This document shows positions 1 to 11,989 of a stretch of DNA of 64,000 nucleotides, piece after piece. The position numbers were made by a program, and so were the translations under genes. The stretch is from the NCBI RefSeq assembly GCF_009834535.1, contig NC_045697.1, forward strand, positions 98,148,001 to 98,212,000. The letters run 5' to 3'. The notes beneath the pieces are model-generated. The model was not told the origin of the DNA. It ran no database searches and saw nothing but the letters and a program-made list of their open reading frames with translations. Numbering within the stretch: the stretch's first letter is position 1; each line of letters opens with the position of its first letter. The DNA is from Camelus ferus (Eukaryota).

Positions 1-21
1 CAGGGTTGTTCCACACTAAGG

Positions 22-222
22 AACACTACCCATTAGAACTTTCTGCAGTGTGGAAAATGTTCTAGAGCTACACTGTCCGACATGGTAGCCATCAGTCACA
101 GAACTGCTGAGTACATGAGATGTGGCTACTGTGACTGAAGAACTGAAATTTGTATTTACTTTAATTGGTTTAAACTTAAAGAGCCACTGTGACTAGTAGC
201 CACCTCAATAGACAGGAAAGCT
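22..222. mobile_element. hAT-Charlie MITE, MER3-like
   Basis: Motifs 'tagaactttctgcagtgtggaaaatgttcta', 'ctgtccgacatggtagccatcagtcac' and 'gtgactgaagaactgaaattt' resemble the MER3 consensus as I recall it; boundaries approximate. Confidence 0.6.
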
Positions 223-1744
223 GTACGGCAAACAAGCTTATCAAAAATTATGAATAACAACAGGTATTAGCTTAGAGAAAGAATTAAAAACTTAGTAAAA
301 GTCTTCAGGCCAATAGAAAGGGTAAGAATCAGTTGTTTTCCCCTTCTGTGCAGATAATCCAAGAAGAAACAACCAAAAATACAGATTGCATGCAAAGAGC
401 TTTCTTCAGATTTCAACACTAGGCAGTGGAATGGGTTTGCAAAGAGTGACTGTAGAATCTCTAACTCAGGATACTGTCATCCATGCCATGTGGTTTAACT
501 TACTGGTGTCACCCACTATACACTATTTCTAGACTTAGATGCTTTGTTTCAGCTGAGTATGTTTAGCTGAATTTCTTACATAACTGTCTTGCCATATCGT
601 TTCCAGACTTTCAACTCCCACACAGTCTAGTGAGGATGCATAATTATTTCCTTAAAAGTATATGCTCTGTTAAGGTTAATATGTTCAGTTAAAGTTAATA
701 AGCTCTCATATGTGTTGTTACTAAGGTCGTTGTTTAGTTGTAAAAGGTAGCAACGTGGTTGGCACTGCATTGAGATACACACGATGCAATTCTTAACCAG
801 AGGGCATAATCTAACATTTAGCCAAAGGAAAGATAAAGGGATAGCTACGATTTGATTATTCAAAACTTTTATTGGTAAGTAAGCTCTAGGGGAAAAATGA
901 GTTTTTAGAAGCATTATGGAACAGTATGAAATGACATTAATTTTAACTTTTTAAAAATAGGGAAAATAAAACTGAAATAAGAAGAAAATAAATTGACGTC
1001 TTGGGCAAGAATTTAGAGAGAGCAATAAACTTGTTATGTATTCATTAGCTGTCAACAATAAATTTAAAGGATTAATTATTAATGATGTTGCAGAGAACCA
1101 AATCCCGCTATGGGCTATAGTTATTAAATGTGGTTTTGACAAGCAACAATTATGTGAGCACAACATTCCTTTTCAGAGTTTGTTTTGTTTTGTTTTAGGC
1201 TTTCATCATTCACTGTTTGCCCCCAAAACGTGAACTGTAATACAATACCACAAATGCAAAACCTTCAGGTGGTCTGCGTGCATGTTTTCAGACTTTTGCC
1301 AACACTTCCTCTCTGCTCTCAGCCATCAGTGAATCTTTGAGACAAGTTTTTCCCTACAGCATTGCCCACCTCCAACCCAGGCAGCAAGCAAAATGGAAGA
1401 ACCAAAAGGAAGTAATGCAGGAGGAAGAGAAAGAGAAATTCGGTGGTCAACAAAGGGATGATGAATTTGAGACTGCAGCTTGTGAAAGAATAAAAAAAAA
1501 CCTGAGACAAAGAAAGAGTTAGGAGGATTGAAACTTCAGGAGCTCTGCTTTTCTGTCTCCAGGACTTGATCTGGCAGAAGCATAAGTGATAGTGAGGGCT
1601 CATAACAGATGCTTTCAACAGATCATCTGACTCCTACCATCAGCGTGACAAAGACCACAGAAGGTCTGGTCTGGGCTGAAAATCAGATCACCAGCGTCTA
1701 GCTTTAAGGCTACTATTATTAGACAGTGGCCATTGGGTTACTTA

Positions 1745-1975
1745 TCAGTAGGAACATGAGTTCTGGAGTCAGACTACCTGAGTTCGAGCTTCACATCACT
1801 GACCAGCTGTGTGAACTTAGGCGAGTTAATTACACTTCCCCCAACTGTGAATGAGAATGCAGGACTACTGACCTGATAGCCCAGGAATCCTGAAAGGAGA
1901 TTATGTTCAGGAAATCTGTAGAACAGTGTCTGGCTTCTAATAAACACTCAATAAATACTACTTATAACTATTATT
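1745..1975 (+). mobile_element. MIR SINE (ancient)
   Basis: MIR core 'ctggagtcagactacctgagttcgag...agctgtgtgaacttaggcgagtt' and tail 'taaacactcaataaatactacttat'. Confidence 0.65.
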
Positions 1976-4900
1976 TGTAGCTTTCTGTCGGTTCGAATAG
2001 TTTCACCGTATTTTCCATAACAAACAAAAATTACTGATATTTAATGGCTATTTAACAGATAGACATGTTGGTTTGGGGGGGTTGGTAAATCTCATTAAAT
2101 AGGGTCCCAACACCCAGCTAGTATTTAGTGAGCATATTAGTGGTCCTACTGCCTATAAATTAAACCTTTATTTCAACTATTTGTTTATAACTTATACTTG
2201 CATTCTTTTATAAGAAACATACAAAACTTCCCTTATAAAAGAATCATGATGTCCACTGACTCCTTTTCCTCCCTGTTTTATTTGACTACTTAAATACTTA
2301 GAAGCACTCAGGCAAAGATACTTGGAGCTGGGGAATCCTGTTAGGTCATATGTTGTTGGGAAATTATTTTCTGCCTAAACACAAATGCAATATGCTTGTA
2401 TAACTTCCTCTTTTACATTTCCACAGTTCCTGATTCACAGACAATCCTAATGTCACATGCAGATTTCTCTTTTGATTTGGCAACACAACTTCCAGCTTTC
2501 TGCTCTTCTTACTTCCCCGTATGTCTTTTCCCCTTGTGGATGACTTCAGTCTCATCATTTCTGTTCCCGCATACTTGCAATACCAGTATTATTTTAACAC
2601 TGTGTTGATCTTCATGTTCTTCTATCACATACGTCCTATCAGTTTGAACTCTTTCCCAAGACTGACTCACCAACCTGGTCTAATGTACTGTTTCTTTGTC
2701 CGTCTTTAGTTGATTATTATACATTTATCAAGCACTGGATAAAATCCATGGCTTGTGCCAGAAAGCAATAAGGGATCATTTGCTACTAGAAAAAGACAAT
2801 TTTGCTAATCATACAGCAAAGAGCAAGCTGACTTCTACTTGAGATCTTGCAGGAAAGTGCAGAAGCTCATGGGGTCCCCGACCAAAGAATCATCAATATC
2901 TGTCAGGTTGTCAGCTGTAAACACCTGCAAAGCTGCTAGATTGCCACACAAGGACTTGTGAACTAACATCTTTGCTGCCTTTCTTACCTTTCCTTCCTCT
3001 ACACCTCCAACCCCCGAAGAGCCAGAAATATCTGTGGGTGAGCTGGAGAGGAAAGGTGAAGGAGGAGCTTAGGTAATAAATCCCTCCCACTCCCACTTCA
3101 ACTTCAGGCTTCTCTCCGAGCTTCCAGACAGGAATATGTCTCAACTTTAACTCAGAATTAAAGTCTGTATTAACACATGCAACTGATAATAAAATGGCTA
3201 ACCTGAGACAGTTGTTTGAGGCCTGAAGTTACCAGAAAACTGGGTTGCCAAAGAGTGACCAGAAAAATCATGGAAACTATTCATGCAGTGATGGGGAAGA
3301 TTCATTCCACAGACCATGTTTAAAGGATAGAGGGAGACAAAATCGAAACTGCTTTATGACTGGAGTCTGCAAGTCATCTCTGTTCAATGTGTAGGTTGCT
3401 TTTGAAAAGAGAAAATGGTGAAACCAGGGGCCAAAATGGCTTCCCCAGAAAGGAAGATGCCAAAGCAAAGGAGCAGACCCTAACTCAGCGACATGCCTTG
3501 AAACCATGGAAACCATCCTGAGCAGGAAACAAGTCACTTGTCATCAGTGGGTCAAGGATTGCTCGTCACTCCTTCATGTCTGATCTGTACCTAGGGCTGT
3601 AGAAAGGCACCAAACTTCAAATATCTCTGTTTTCCTGAGCTGATGAGAAGGAATCACCTAACATGCCTCTCCCTTGCCTCCCAAGAAGGTAAAGATTCTC
3701 ATGAAGAATTATTATAATTATCCTTTTAAATAATGACTTAGGCGTTAATGGAGACATTACTCTTTTGCATGATGATATTGCCCTCACTTAAAGACACAAC
3801 TTATGACAGCACAAACCGCCCAGAGAAGAGGCTCTAAATCAGTGCAAAATATCAAAAGGATAGAAACCTATCCCCAGAGGCATACCAAGAAATGCAGATT
3901 GTTTTGCATTTATTAAAATGCAGATGTAAGTATAAGGCATAAAACGACAATATTAAACCAAGGACTTAAATTATGTAGCATATTATATAAGGTTATAACT
4001 TTGCTTTCCTTTGGGGAAACAAATTTCATGAGACTGTTCACTCTTGAATTGAAGGCATCTAGTACAATATTTGGCATTTACTTTTTAACGAATGAATGAA
4101 AAACAAAAGAAGGATCCAGTATCATTCAAGAAAATGAATTACACCCTGAAAGTTTTGAAATAATATCAAAACTCCAAAATTAAACCCCCCAAATTAGCCC
4201 AAGTAGGCACCATCTCCCAGTCTGATGTAGAGGTCAGATCTCAATGTCTGTTTCACTCCACTGAAATTGGTGATTAACTTTTTAAAAAATGTCTAATGTA
4301 TGCATAAGATATGTGAGTATTTATTTGCTCTGTTTTAAATAGAGACATTTCCTAACTGATTGTATTTTACTTCTTAGGCCTTAAAGAATTACACCCCAAA
4401 GGCACTGCTTTATAGGAAACAGAATAATCTGGGGGGCCAAGAGCCTCCTTGGAGTGGAGTTGTAACTCTTGCTCCATCACATTTCAAATGTGCCAGACAC
4501 TTACCTGGCCACAGCTTGTGTAGTTTTCAAAAACTTGGAATAATACCAATTTAGTTTAATTCATAAGTTACTAAGAAGATACATTCATAAGACAGTGAAC
4601 ATGAAATGGTCTGAAAATTTATAAAGTAATCTAAAATAGTGGTGTATTTTATTCCTTTTTTTAAAAATACGATTTCAATGAGGAAATTCCATCTCAGTAA
4701 AGGACAAAGGAAATAAAGAGAACATAAAAGAGAAAGAGAGAAAGAAGGTATAATGCTGTGGATAAGGACCTTACCCTACTTACTCTAATACATAAATAGA
4801 GAGAGCTGCAAAGAACAGATAATAATTAAAGAAAGGGGCCATTTAAGACTGAATCACAAAGGCCACTGGCAAGTTCAAAACCGACCCATTTAACAAGCCA

Positions 4901-5289
4901 GCAGTGGGGTAACCTGTTATTTTCTCTGTATGATGTACAATGGTGGCTCTTCCAAGCTCTCTCTCTTCACCTCGCTTGACCATTCCTCTGAAGGAGTGGC
5001 TGAGAATTTACTATCAAATAACTTTTAATGTCTAGATTTATTCTCCAGATTCCTTATGTTTTGCTCCAATAAAATGGTATTTTATTTCCTCCATTCCAAT
5101 TTTACATCAAAATAAAACTCTGCTATTTCCTTCAGTTCCATGTTTGGAGCTTTTTGCCTTAGCCATTTGGGACCAAAGTCAATTTTTCATCTGCAGTTTG
5201 TTCATTCTTACCTCTTTAGCAGTAGTTTGCGTCTGGGGTAAGTCCTAGCACAAAAACAAAACTGTTTCTTAAAATTCTTGTCTTAATTT

Positions 5290-5660
5290 GATTTTCCAGA
5301 TTTTAAAAACAATAGGTGCACATTGCAGAATATTTTAAAAACAACAGGTGCACATTGCAGGATATATTAAAAACTGTTAAGTTCCACACACAAGTAACCA
5401 AAACATTAGCATGCCTTCATTCAATCTTTTTAAAATAGTTATTTGGAGGGTTAGTTTGTTTATTCTTGTTGTTCTTTAATACAGTAAAATTCATATTGCA
5501 TATACATTTGGTATCTAACTTCTTTCACTTAATATTATATCATAAGCATTTTTTCATGTCAAAAATTATTTGTATCACAAGGTTTAATGTTAGTCAAACT
5601 TCATTATTTGGATAATCTCCCCAGTTTCATAATAATGAAATTTAGGTTGCTTTCTATTGG
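5290..5660 (-). mobile_element. Old L1 (L1ME-like) 3' fragment
   Basis: Degenerate antisense L1 3' motifs 'ttttcacttaatattatatcataagcatttttt catgtc' and 'tttaggttgctttcta'. Confidence 0.45.
5303..5374. repeat. Tandem duplication of a ~32-bp unit (about 2.2 copies)
   Basis: ttaaaaacaataggtgcacattgcagaatatt followed by ttaaaaacaacaggtgcacattgcaggatata, then ttaaaaac. Confidence 0.85.
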
Positions 5661-5911
5661 TTTCCAACAAGTGCTCATTTGTTTTCTATGGAAGTTTGGA
5701 TCTACTCATAATTTGGTTTTTTAATGATCAGGGATCATTTTTTTTAAAACATCAGGAATAATTCTGAATTGGAGCAAATGTCATTACAGCAAAAATTGAG
5801 ATATTCATCTGTTTTTGTCTTTAAACTGTTAAAATATAAGTTGTTACACTTTTTTTCTTTTCTACTTTTACTGCACTAGAGATGGAAAATGTGATCAAAA
5901 ATCTCTCTCCT

Positions 5912-5950
5912 AACACAACATTGTAAATCAATTATCCTTCAGTTTAAAAA
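5912..5950 (+). mobile_element. Extremely 5'-truncated L1 3' terminus (~40 bp)
   Basis: 'aacacaacattgtaaatcaattatccttcagtttaaaaaa' matches the L1 termini near 33010-33045 and 37328-37357; flanked by similar 'aaaaatctctctcct' and 'aaaattttttctcct'. Confidence 0.6.
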
Positions 5951-6075
5951 AATTTTTTCTCCTGTTTTAGAATGCCCTGAGACTGTCTTTGAGAGAGATT
6001 CTAAATACTTCAATGTACTGCTTATAATGTACATGTTTAAGCTAAATATTTCAAGCTTTGACAATACGGAAAGAA

Positions 6076-6087
6076 GCTTAAAGATTA
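6076..6087. repeat. Target-site duplication of the full-length L1 (left copy; right copy 13218-13229)
   Basis: gcttaaagatta occurs at 6076-6087 and 13218-13229, abutting both ends of the element. Confidence 0.92.
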
Positions 6088-6101
6088 CTTTTTTAACATT
6101 T

Positions 6102-6107
6102 TTTATT
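6102..6107 (-). terminator. L1 polyadenylation signal AATAAA
   Basis: Plus-strand tttatt at 6102-6107, just before the A6 tail; the same AATAAAAAATGTTAAAA end occurs in the copy ending near 30952. Confidence 0.8.
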
Positions 6108-6404
6108 CATTTATAATCATTTTACAATGTTCTGTCAAATTCCAGCGTTCAGCAAAATTTTTCAGTTACTCATGGACATATACACACTCATTGTCACATT
6201 TTTTTCTCTGTGAGTTATCATAACATTTTGTGTATATTTCCCTGTGCTATACAGTGTAGTCTATTCTACAATTTTGAAATCCCAGTCTATCCCTTCCCAC
6301 CCTCCACCCCCCTGGTAACTACAAGTCTGTATTCTCTGTCTGTGAGTCTATTTCTGTCCTTTATTTACGCTTTGTTTTTGTTTGTTTGTTTTTGTTTTTG
6401 TTTT

Positions 6405-9400
6405 TTAGATTCCACATATGAGCGATCTCATATGGTATTTTTCTTTCTCTTTCTGGCTTACTTCACTTAGAATGACATTCTCCAGGAGCATCCATGTTGC
6501 TGCAAATGGCATTATGTTGTCGGTTTTTATGGCTGAGTGGTATTCCATTGTATAAATACACCACCTCTTCTTTATCCAGTCACCTGTTGATGGACATTTA
6601 GGCTGTTTCCATGTTTTGGCTATTGTAAATAGTGCTGCTATGAACATTGGGGTGCAGGTGTCATCCTGAAGTAGATTTCCTTCTGGATACAAGCCCAGGA
6701 GTGGGATTCCTGGGTCATATGGTAAGTCTATTCCTAGTCTTTTGAGGAATCTCCACACTGTTTTCCATAGTGGCTGCACCAAACTGCATTCCCACCAGCA
6801 GTGTAGGAGGGTTCCCCTTTCTCCACAGCCTCTCCAGCTTTTGTCATTTGTGGATTTTTGAATGACGGCCATTCTGACTGGTGTGAGGTGATACCTCATT
6901 GTAGCTTTGATTTGCATTTCTCTGATAATTAGTGATATGGAGCATTTTTTCATGTGCTTTTGATCATTTGTATGTCTTCCTTGGAGAATTGCTTGTTTAG
7001 GTCTTCTGCCCATTTTTGGATTGGGTTGTTTATTTTTTTCTTATTGAGTCGTATGAGCTGCTTATATATTCTGGAGATCAAGCCTTTGTCGGTTTCACTT
7101 GCAAAAATTTTCTCCCATTCCGTAGGTTTTCTTCTTGTTTTACTTCTGGTTTCCTTTGCTGTGCAGAAGCTTGTAAGTTTCATTAGGTCCCATTTGTTTA
7201 TTCTTGCTTTTATTTCTTCTAGGAGAAAATTTTTTAAATGTATGTCAGATAATGTTTTGCCTATGTTTTCCTCTAGGAGGTTTATTGTATCTTGTCTTAT
7301 GTTTAAGTCTTTAATCCATTTTGAGTTGATTTTTGTATATGGTGTAAGGGAGTGTTCTAGCTTCATTGTTTTACATGCTGCTGTCCAGTTTTCCCAACAC
7401 CATTTGCTGAAGAGACTGTCTTTATTCCAATGTATATTCTTGCCTCCTTTGTCAAAGATGAGTTGACCAAAAGTTTGTGGGTTCATTTCTGGGCTCTCTA
7501 TTCTGTTCCATTGGTCTATATGCCTGTTTTGGTACCAATACCATGCTGTCTTGATGACTGTAGCTCTACAGTATTGTCTGAAGTCTGGGAGAGTTATTCC
7601 TCCCGCCTCTTTCTTTCTCTTCAGTAATGCTTTGGCAATTCTAGGTCTTTGATGGTTCCATATGAATTTTATTATGATTTTTTTCTAGTTCTGTGAAATA
7701 TGTCCTGGGTAATTGGATAGGGATTGCATTAAATCTGTAGATTGCCTTGGGCAGTGTGACCATTTTAACAATATTGATTCTTCCAATCCAAGAGCATGGA
7801 ATATCTTTCCATTTTTTAAAGTCTTCTTTAATTTCCTTCATCAATGGTTTATAGTTTTCTGTGTGTAATTCTTTCACCTCCTTGGTTAGATGTATTCCCA
7901 GATATTTTATTACTTTGGGTGCTATTTTAAAGGGGATTGTTTCTTTACTTTCTTCTTCTGTTGATTTATCGTTAGTGTAAAGAAATGCAACTGATTTTTG
8001 AACGTTAATTTTGTAACCTGCTACCTTGCTGAATTCTTCAATCAGCTCTAGTAGCTTTTGTGTGGACCTTTTAGGGTTTTCTATATATAGTAACATGTCA
8101 TCAGCATATAATGACACTTTTACCTCTTCTTTTCCAATTTGGATCCCTTTTATTTCTTTCTCTTGCCTGACTGCTGTGGCTAGGACTTCCAGGACTATGT
8201 TGAATAGGAGTGGTGATAGTGGGCATCCTTGTCTTGTCCCAGATTTTAGTGGGAAGCTTTTGAGTTTTTCACCATTGAGTTCTATGCTGGCTGTAGGTTT
8301 GTCATATATAGCTTTTATTATGTTGAGATACGTTCCCTCTATACCCACTTTGGCGAGAGTTTTTATCATAAATGGGTGTTGAATTTTATCAAATGCTTTT
8401 TCTGCATCGATGGAGATGATCATGTGGTTTTTGTCCTTTCTCTTGTTGATGTGATGTATTACACTGATTGATTTGCGTATGTTGAACCAGCCTTGTGTCC
8501 CTGGGATGAACCCCACTTGGTCATGATGTATAATCTTTTTTATGTGTTGTTGGATTCTATTTGCTAAAATTTTGGTGAGGATTTTGGCGTCTATGTTCAT
8601 CAGTGATATTGGCCTATAATTCTCTTTTTTTGTAGTGTCTTTGCCTGGTTTTGGTATCAGGGTGATGGTGGCTTCATAGAATGAGTTTGGGAGTATTCCC
8701 TCCTTTTCAATCGTCTGGAAGAGTTTGAGAAGGACTGGTATGAGTTCTTCTTTGTATGTTTGGTAGAATTCCCCGGTGAAGCCGTCCGGTCCTGGACTTT
8801 TATTTGTAGGGAGGTTTTTAATTGCTATTTCTATTTCCTTTCTAGTGATCGGATTGTTCAAGTGTTCAGATTCTTCTTGATTCAGTTTTGGTGGACAGTA
8901 TGTTTCCAGAAACTTGTCCATCTCCTCTAGGTTATCCAGTTTGGTTCCATATAGTTTTTCATAATATTCTCGTATGATATTCTGTATTTCTATTTTGTGT
9001 GTTGTAATTTCTCCATTTTCCTTTCTTATTTTGCTAATTTGTGCTCTCTCTTTTTTCTTCTTTGTGAGTTTGGCCAGAGGTTTGTCGATTTTATTTACTT
9101 TTTCAAAAAACCAGCTTTTGGTTTGGTTGATTTTTTCTATGGTCTTGTTAATCTCTATTGTATTTAATTCCTCTCTGATCTTTATTATTTCCTTCCTTCT
9201 GCTGCTTTTTGGGGCTTTTTGTTCTTCTTTTTCTAATTCATTCAGGTGGTGGGTTAAATTGTTTATTTGAGATTGTTCTTCTTTTTTGAGGAAGGCCTGT
9301 ATCGCTATAAACTTCCCTCTTAGCACTGCCTTTGCTGTGTCCCATAGGTTTTGAGTGGTTGTGCTTTCATTATCATTTGTCTCAAGGTATTTTTTAATTT

Positions 9401-10202
9401 CAGCTTTGATCTCCTCATTGATCCATTGTTTTTTCAATAACATATTGTTTAATCTCCATGCTTTCCTTTTTTTCTCCTTTGTTTCTCTGTTGTTGATTTC
9501 CAGTTTCATGGCATTGTGGTCAGTAAAGATGCTTGAGATAATTTCTATCTTCTTAAAATTGTTGAGGTTTCTTTTGTGCCCAAGTACACGATCGATCCTG
9601 GAAAATGTTCCATGTGCACTTGAAAAGAATGTATATCCTATTTTTGGGGGGTGTAACGCTCTGAAAATATCCACCAAATCTAGTTTTTCTATTGTAGTAT
9701 TTAATTTCTCTGTTGCCTTGTTTATTTTCTGTCTGGAAGATCTGTCTAGTGATGTTAATGCAGTGTTAAAATCTCCAACTATGATTGTATTCCCATCAAT
9801 ATCCCCCTTTATCTCTGTTAGTAATTCTTGTATGTACTTAGGTGCTCCTATATTGGGTGCATATATATTAACGAGTGTAATATCCTCATCTTGTATCACT
9901 CCCTTAATCATTATAAAATGTCCTTCTTTATCTTTCTTTATGGCCTTTGTTTTAAAGTCTATTTTGTCTGAAATCAGTACTGCAACACCTGCTTTTTTGG
10001 CTTTTCCATTTGCATGGAATATCCTTTTCCATCCTTTCACTCTCAATCTATATGTGTCCTTCTCCCTAAAGTGGGTCTCTTGTATGCAGCATATTGAAGG
10101 TTCTTGCTTTATTATCCAGTCTGCCACTCTGTGTCTTTTGACTGGAGCATTTAATCCATTAACATTTACAGTAATTAATGATAGATGTGTGTTTATTGCC
10201 AT
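6405..10202 (-). pseudogene. L1 ORF2 (APE endonuclease, reverse transcriptase, Cys-rich C-terminus), disrupted by two frameshifts
   Basis: EN motifs TVNVNGL, CIQETH, VGDFN, TDHN; RT motifs [22 protein letters not shown] (8097-8108), YLG; C-terminal [12 protein letters not shown]. Split into track ORFs 7641-10202, 6950-7486 and 6405-7013 by a +1 shift at 7678-7684 and a -1 shift near 6957-6961. Confidence 0.96.
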
Positions 10203-10602
10203 TTTGAACTTATCTTTGCAGTTGAATTGGTATATCCTCTTTGTTCCTTTCTTCTTCCTTTTGTGGTTTGGTAATCTTCCTTTGTATTATCATGGATTTT
10301 ATTTAATTTTTGTGACTCCTTTGTAAATTTTTGGCTTGTGGTTACCCTTTTTTGTAAATCTGTCAACCCATTACTATAACTGTTTTTATTAAACTGATAG
10401 TAACATGATCTCAAACCCATCCTACTGTTAAAAAAATTTAAAAAAGAAAAAAATATTCTATATTTCCCTGCCTCCCTCTCCCACTCTCAGTGATTTGTAT
10501 GTCTTCTTTTATAATTTCATGTTTACTTTATTTGTAATTCATGAGTTATCACCTTTCCAGTTGTGTGTTTCTCATTTCTGTAGCATCCTGCTGCTTTTCT
10601 AT

Positions 10603-11505
10603 TTAGAATAGCCCTTTCAGTATTTCTTTTAGCATGGGTTTAGTGTTGCTAAACTCCTGCAGCTTTTTTTTGTCTGTGAAACTCTTTATTTCTCCTTCTA
10701 TCCTTAAGGATAGCCTTGCTGGATAAAGGATCCTAGGCTGCATCTTTTTTTCATTCAGGGCTTTGAATATATCTTGCCACTCCCTTCTGGCCTGTAGCGT
10801 TTGTGTAGAGAAATCAGCTGAGAGCCTTATGGGGGTTCCCTTGTAACTTACTCTTTGCTTTTCTCTTGCTGCCTTTAGAATCATTTCTTTATCCTTGACT
10901 CTGGCCATCTTGATTATGATATGTCTTGGTGTGGGTCTATTTGGGTTCTTCCTGTTTGGGACCCTCTGAGCTTCCTGTACTTGGATATCTGATTCCTTCT
11001 TTAAGTCTGGGAAGTTTTCAGTCATGATTTCTTCAAAAACCTTTTCAACCCCCTTTGATCTTTCTTCTCCTTCTGGGACCCCTATTATGCGAAGATTGGG
11101 ACGCTTTATATTATCCCATAGGTCCCTTATGCTATTTTCATTATTTTTTATTTGCTTATCTTGTAGTTCTTCTGAATGGGTGCTTTCTATTGCCCTGTCT
11201 TCTAGATCACTAATTCGTTCCTCTGCATTTTCTAGTCGGCTTTGCACAGCTATTAGATCATTCCTCATCTCTGTCAATGAGTTTACCCATTCTACTTGGC
11301 TCTTCTTTATAGCTTCAGTTTCATTTTTGACATATTTTATATCTCTAAACACTATCTCTTTTAATTCCTTCAGCAATTCGATCACTCCTTTTTTGAAATC
11401 TTGATCTAGTAGGCGATCGATGTCTATTTCGTTGATCTTTCTTTCAGGGGATTTCTCTTGTTCTTTTAATTGGGAAAGGTTTTTCTGCTTCTTCATCTTG
11501 CTCAT
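10603..11505 (-). CDS. L1 ORF1p, RNA-binding nucleic-acid chaperone, 300 aa, intact
   Basis: ATG start, heptad coiled coil (RLENAEERISDLEDR), RRM (RPNLRIIGVPE, TPRHIIIKM) and C-terminal domain (QARREW, ILYPARLS). Confidence 0.96.
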   Translation of the reverse strand: MSKMKKQKNLSQLKEQEKSPERKINEIDIDRLLDQDFKKGVIELLKELKEIVFRDIKYVKNETEAIKKSQVEWVNSLTEMRNDLIAVQSRLENAEERISDLEDRAIESTHSEELQDKQIKNNENSIRDLWDNIKRPNLRIIGVPEGEERSKGVEKVFEEIMTENFPDLKKESDIQVQEAQRVPNRKNPNRPTPRHIIIKMARVKDKEMILKAAREKQRVSYKGTPIRLSADFSTQTLQARREWQDIFKALNEKKMQPRILYPARLSLRIEGEIKSFTDKKKLQEFSNTKPMLKEILKGLF

Positions 11506-11989
11506 ACCTCTTTGGCACTGTGGTTTATGGAGTATCAGTTGTTTATTTTGGTCCTTAAGGATTTTATCTATCTGATGCCTATTTTGGAATAGAACTTAGG
11601 AAAAAAAGAAAAAAAAATAAGAGAGAGAGAGAAAGAATTTTAAAAGAAGGGAGAAAGAGGGTTTGAAAACAGTGTATAATGAATAATAGAAGAGTGAGTT
11701 GAAGCAGAGTATTAATCGGGTTGAGACGTCCTTTTGAAACCTTTACAAAAAAAGGGGGGGGAGATGAATAGATGTATTTGAAACCTGTGTCTAATCAATA
11801 GCAGGACATCAAAACCCAAGAGAAATAGAAATGAATTAAGAATTAAGAAGTAAAGATTAAGAGAGTAATAGAAAATAGAACAGGTGAAAACAGATTAAAA
11901 AAAAAGGGGGGGGGGGAGGTTGTCGGTGTTCTCCTGGAGTCTTTGTGCTTTTAATGTGAAGTCTTTCTGTCTTCGTCCTGTTTTGGAAG

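Noticed and set aside
9355..10326. 323-aa + strand ORF, plus those at 6954-7466, 8026-8382, 8974-9270 and 11024-11404
   Set aside because: They lie opposite L1 ORF1/ORF2 and are Phe/Ser/Leu/Ile-rich, as expected for antisense shadows of A-rich L1 codons.
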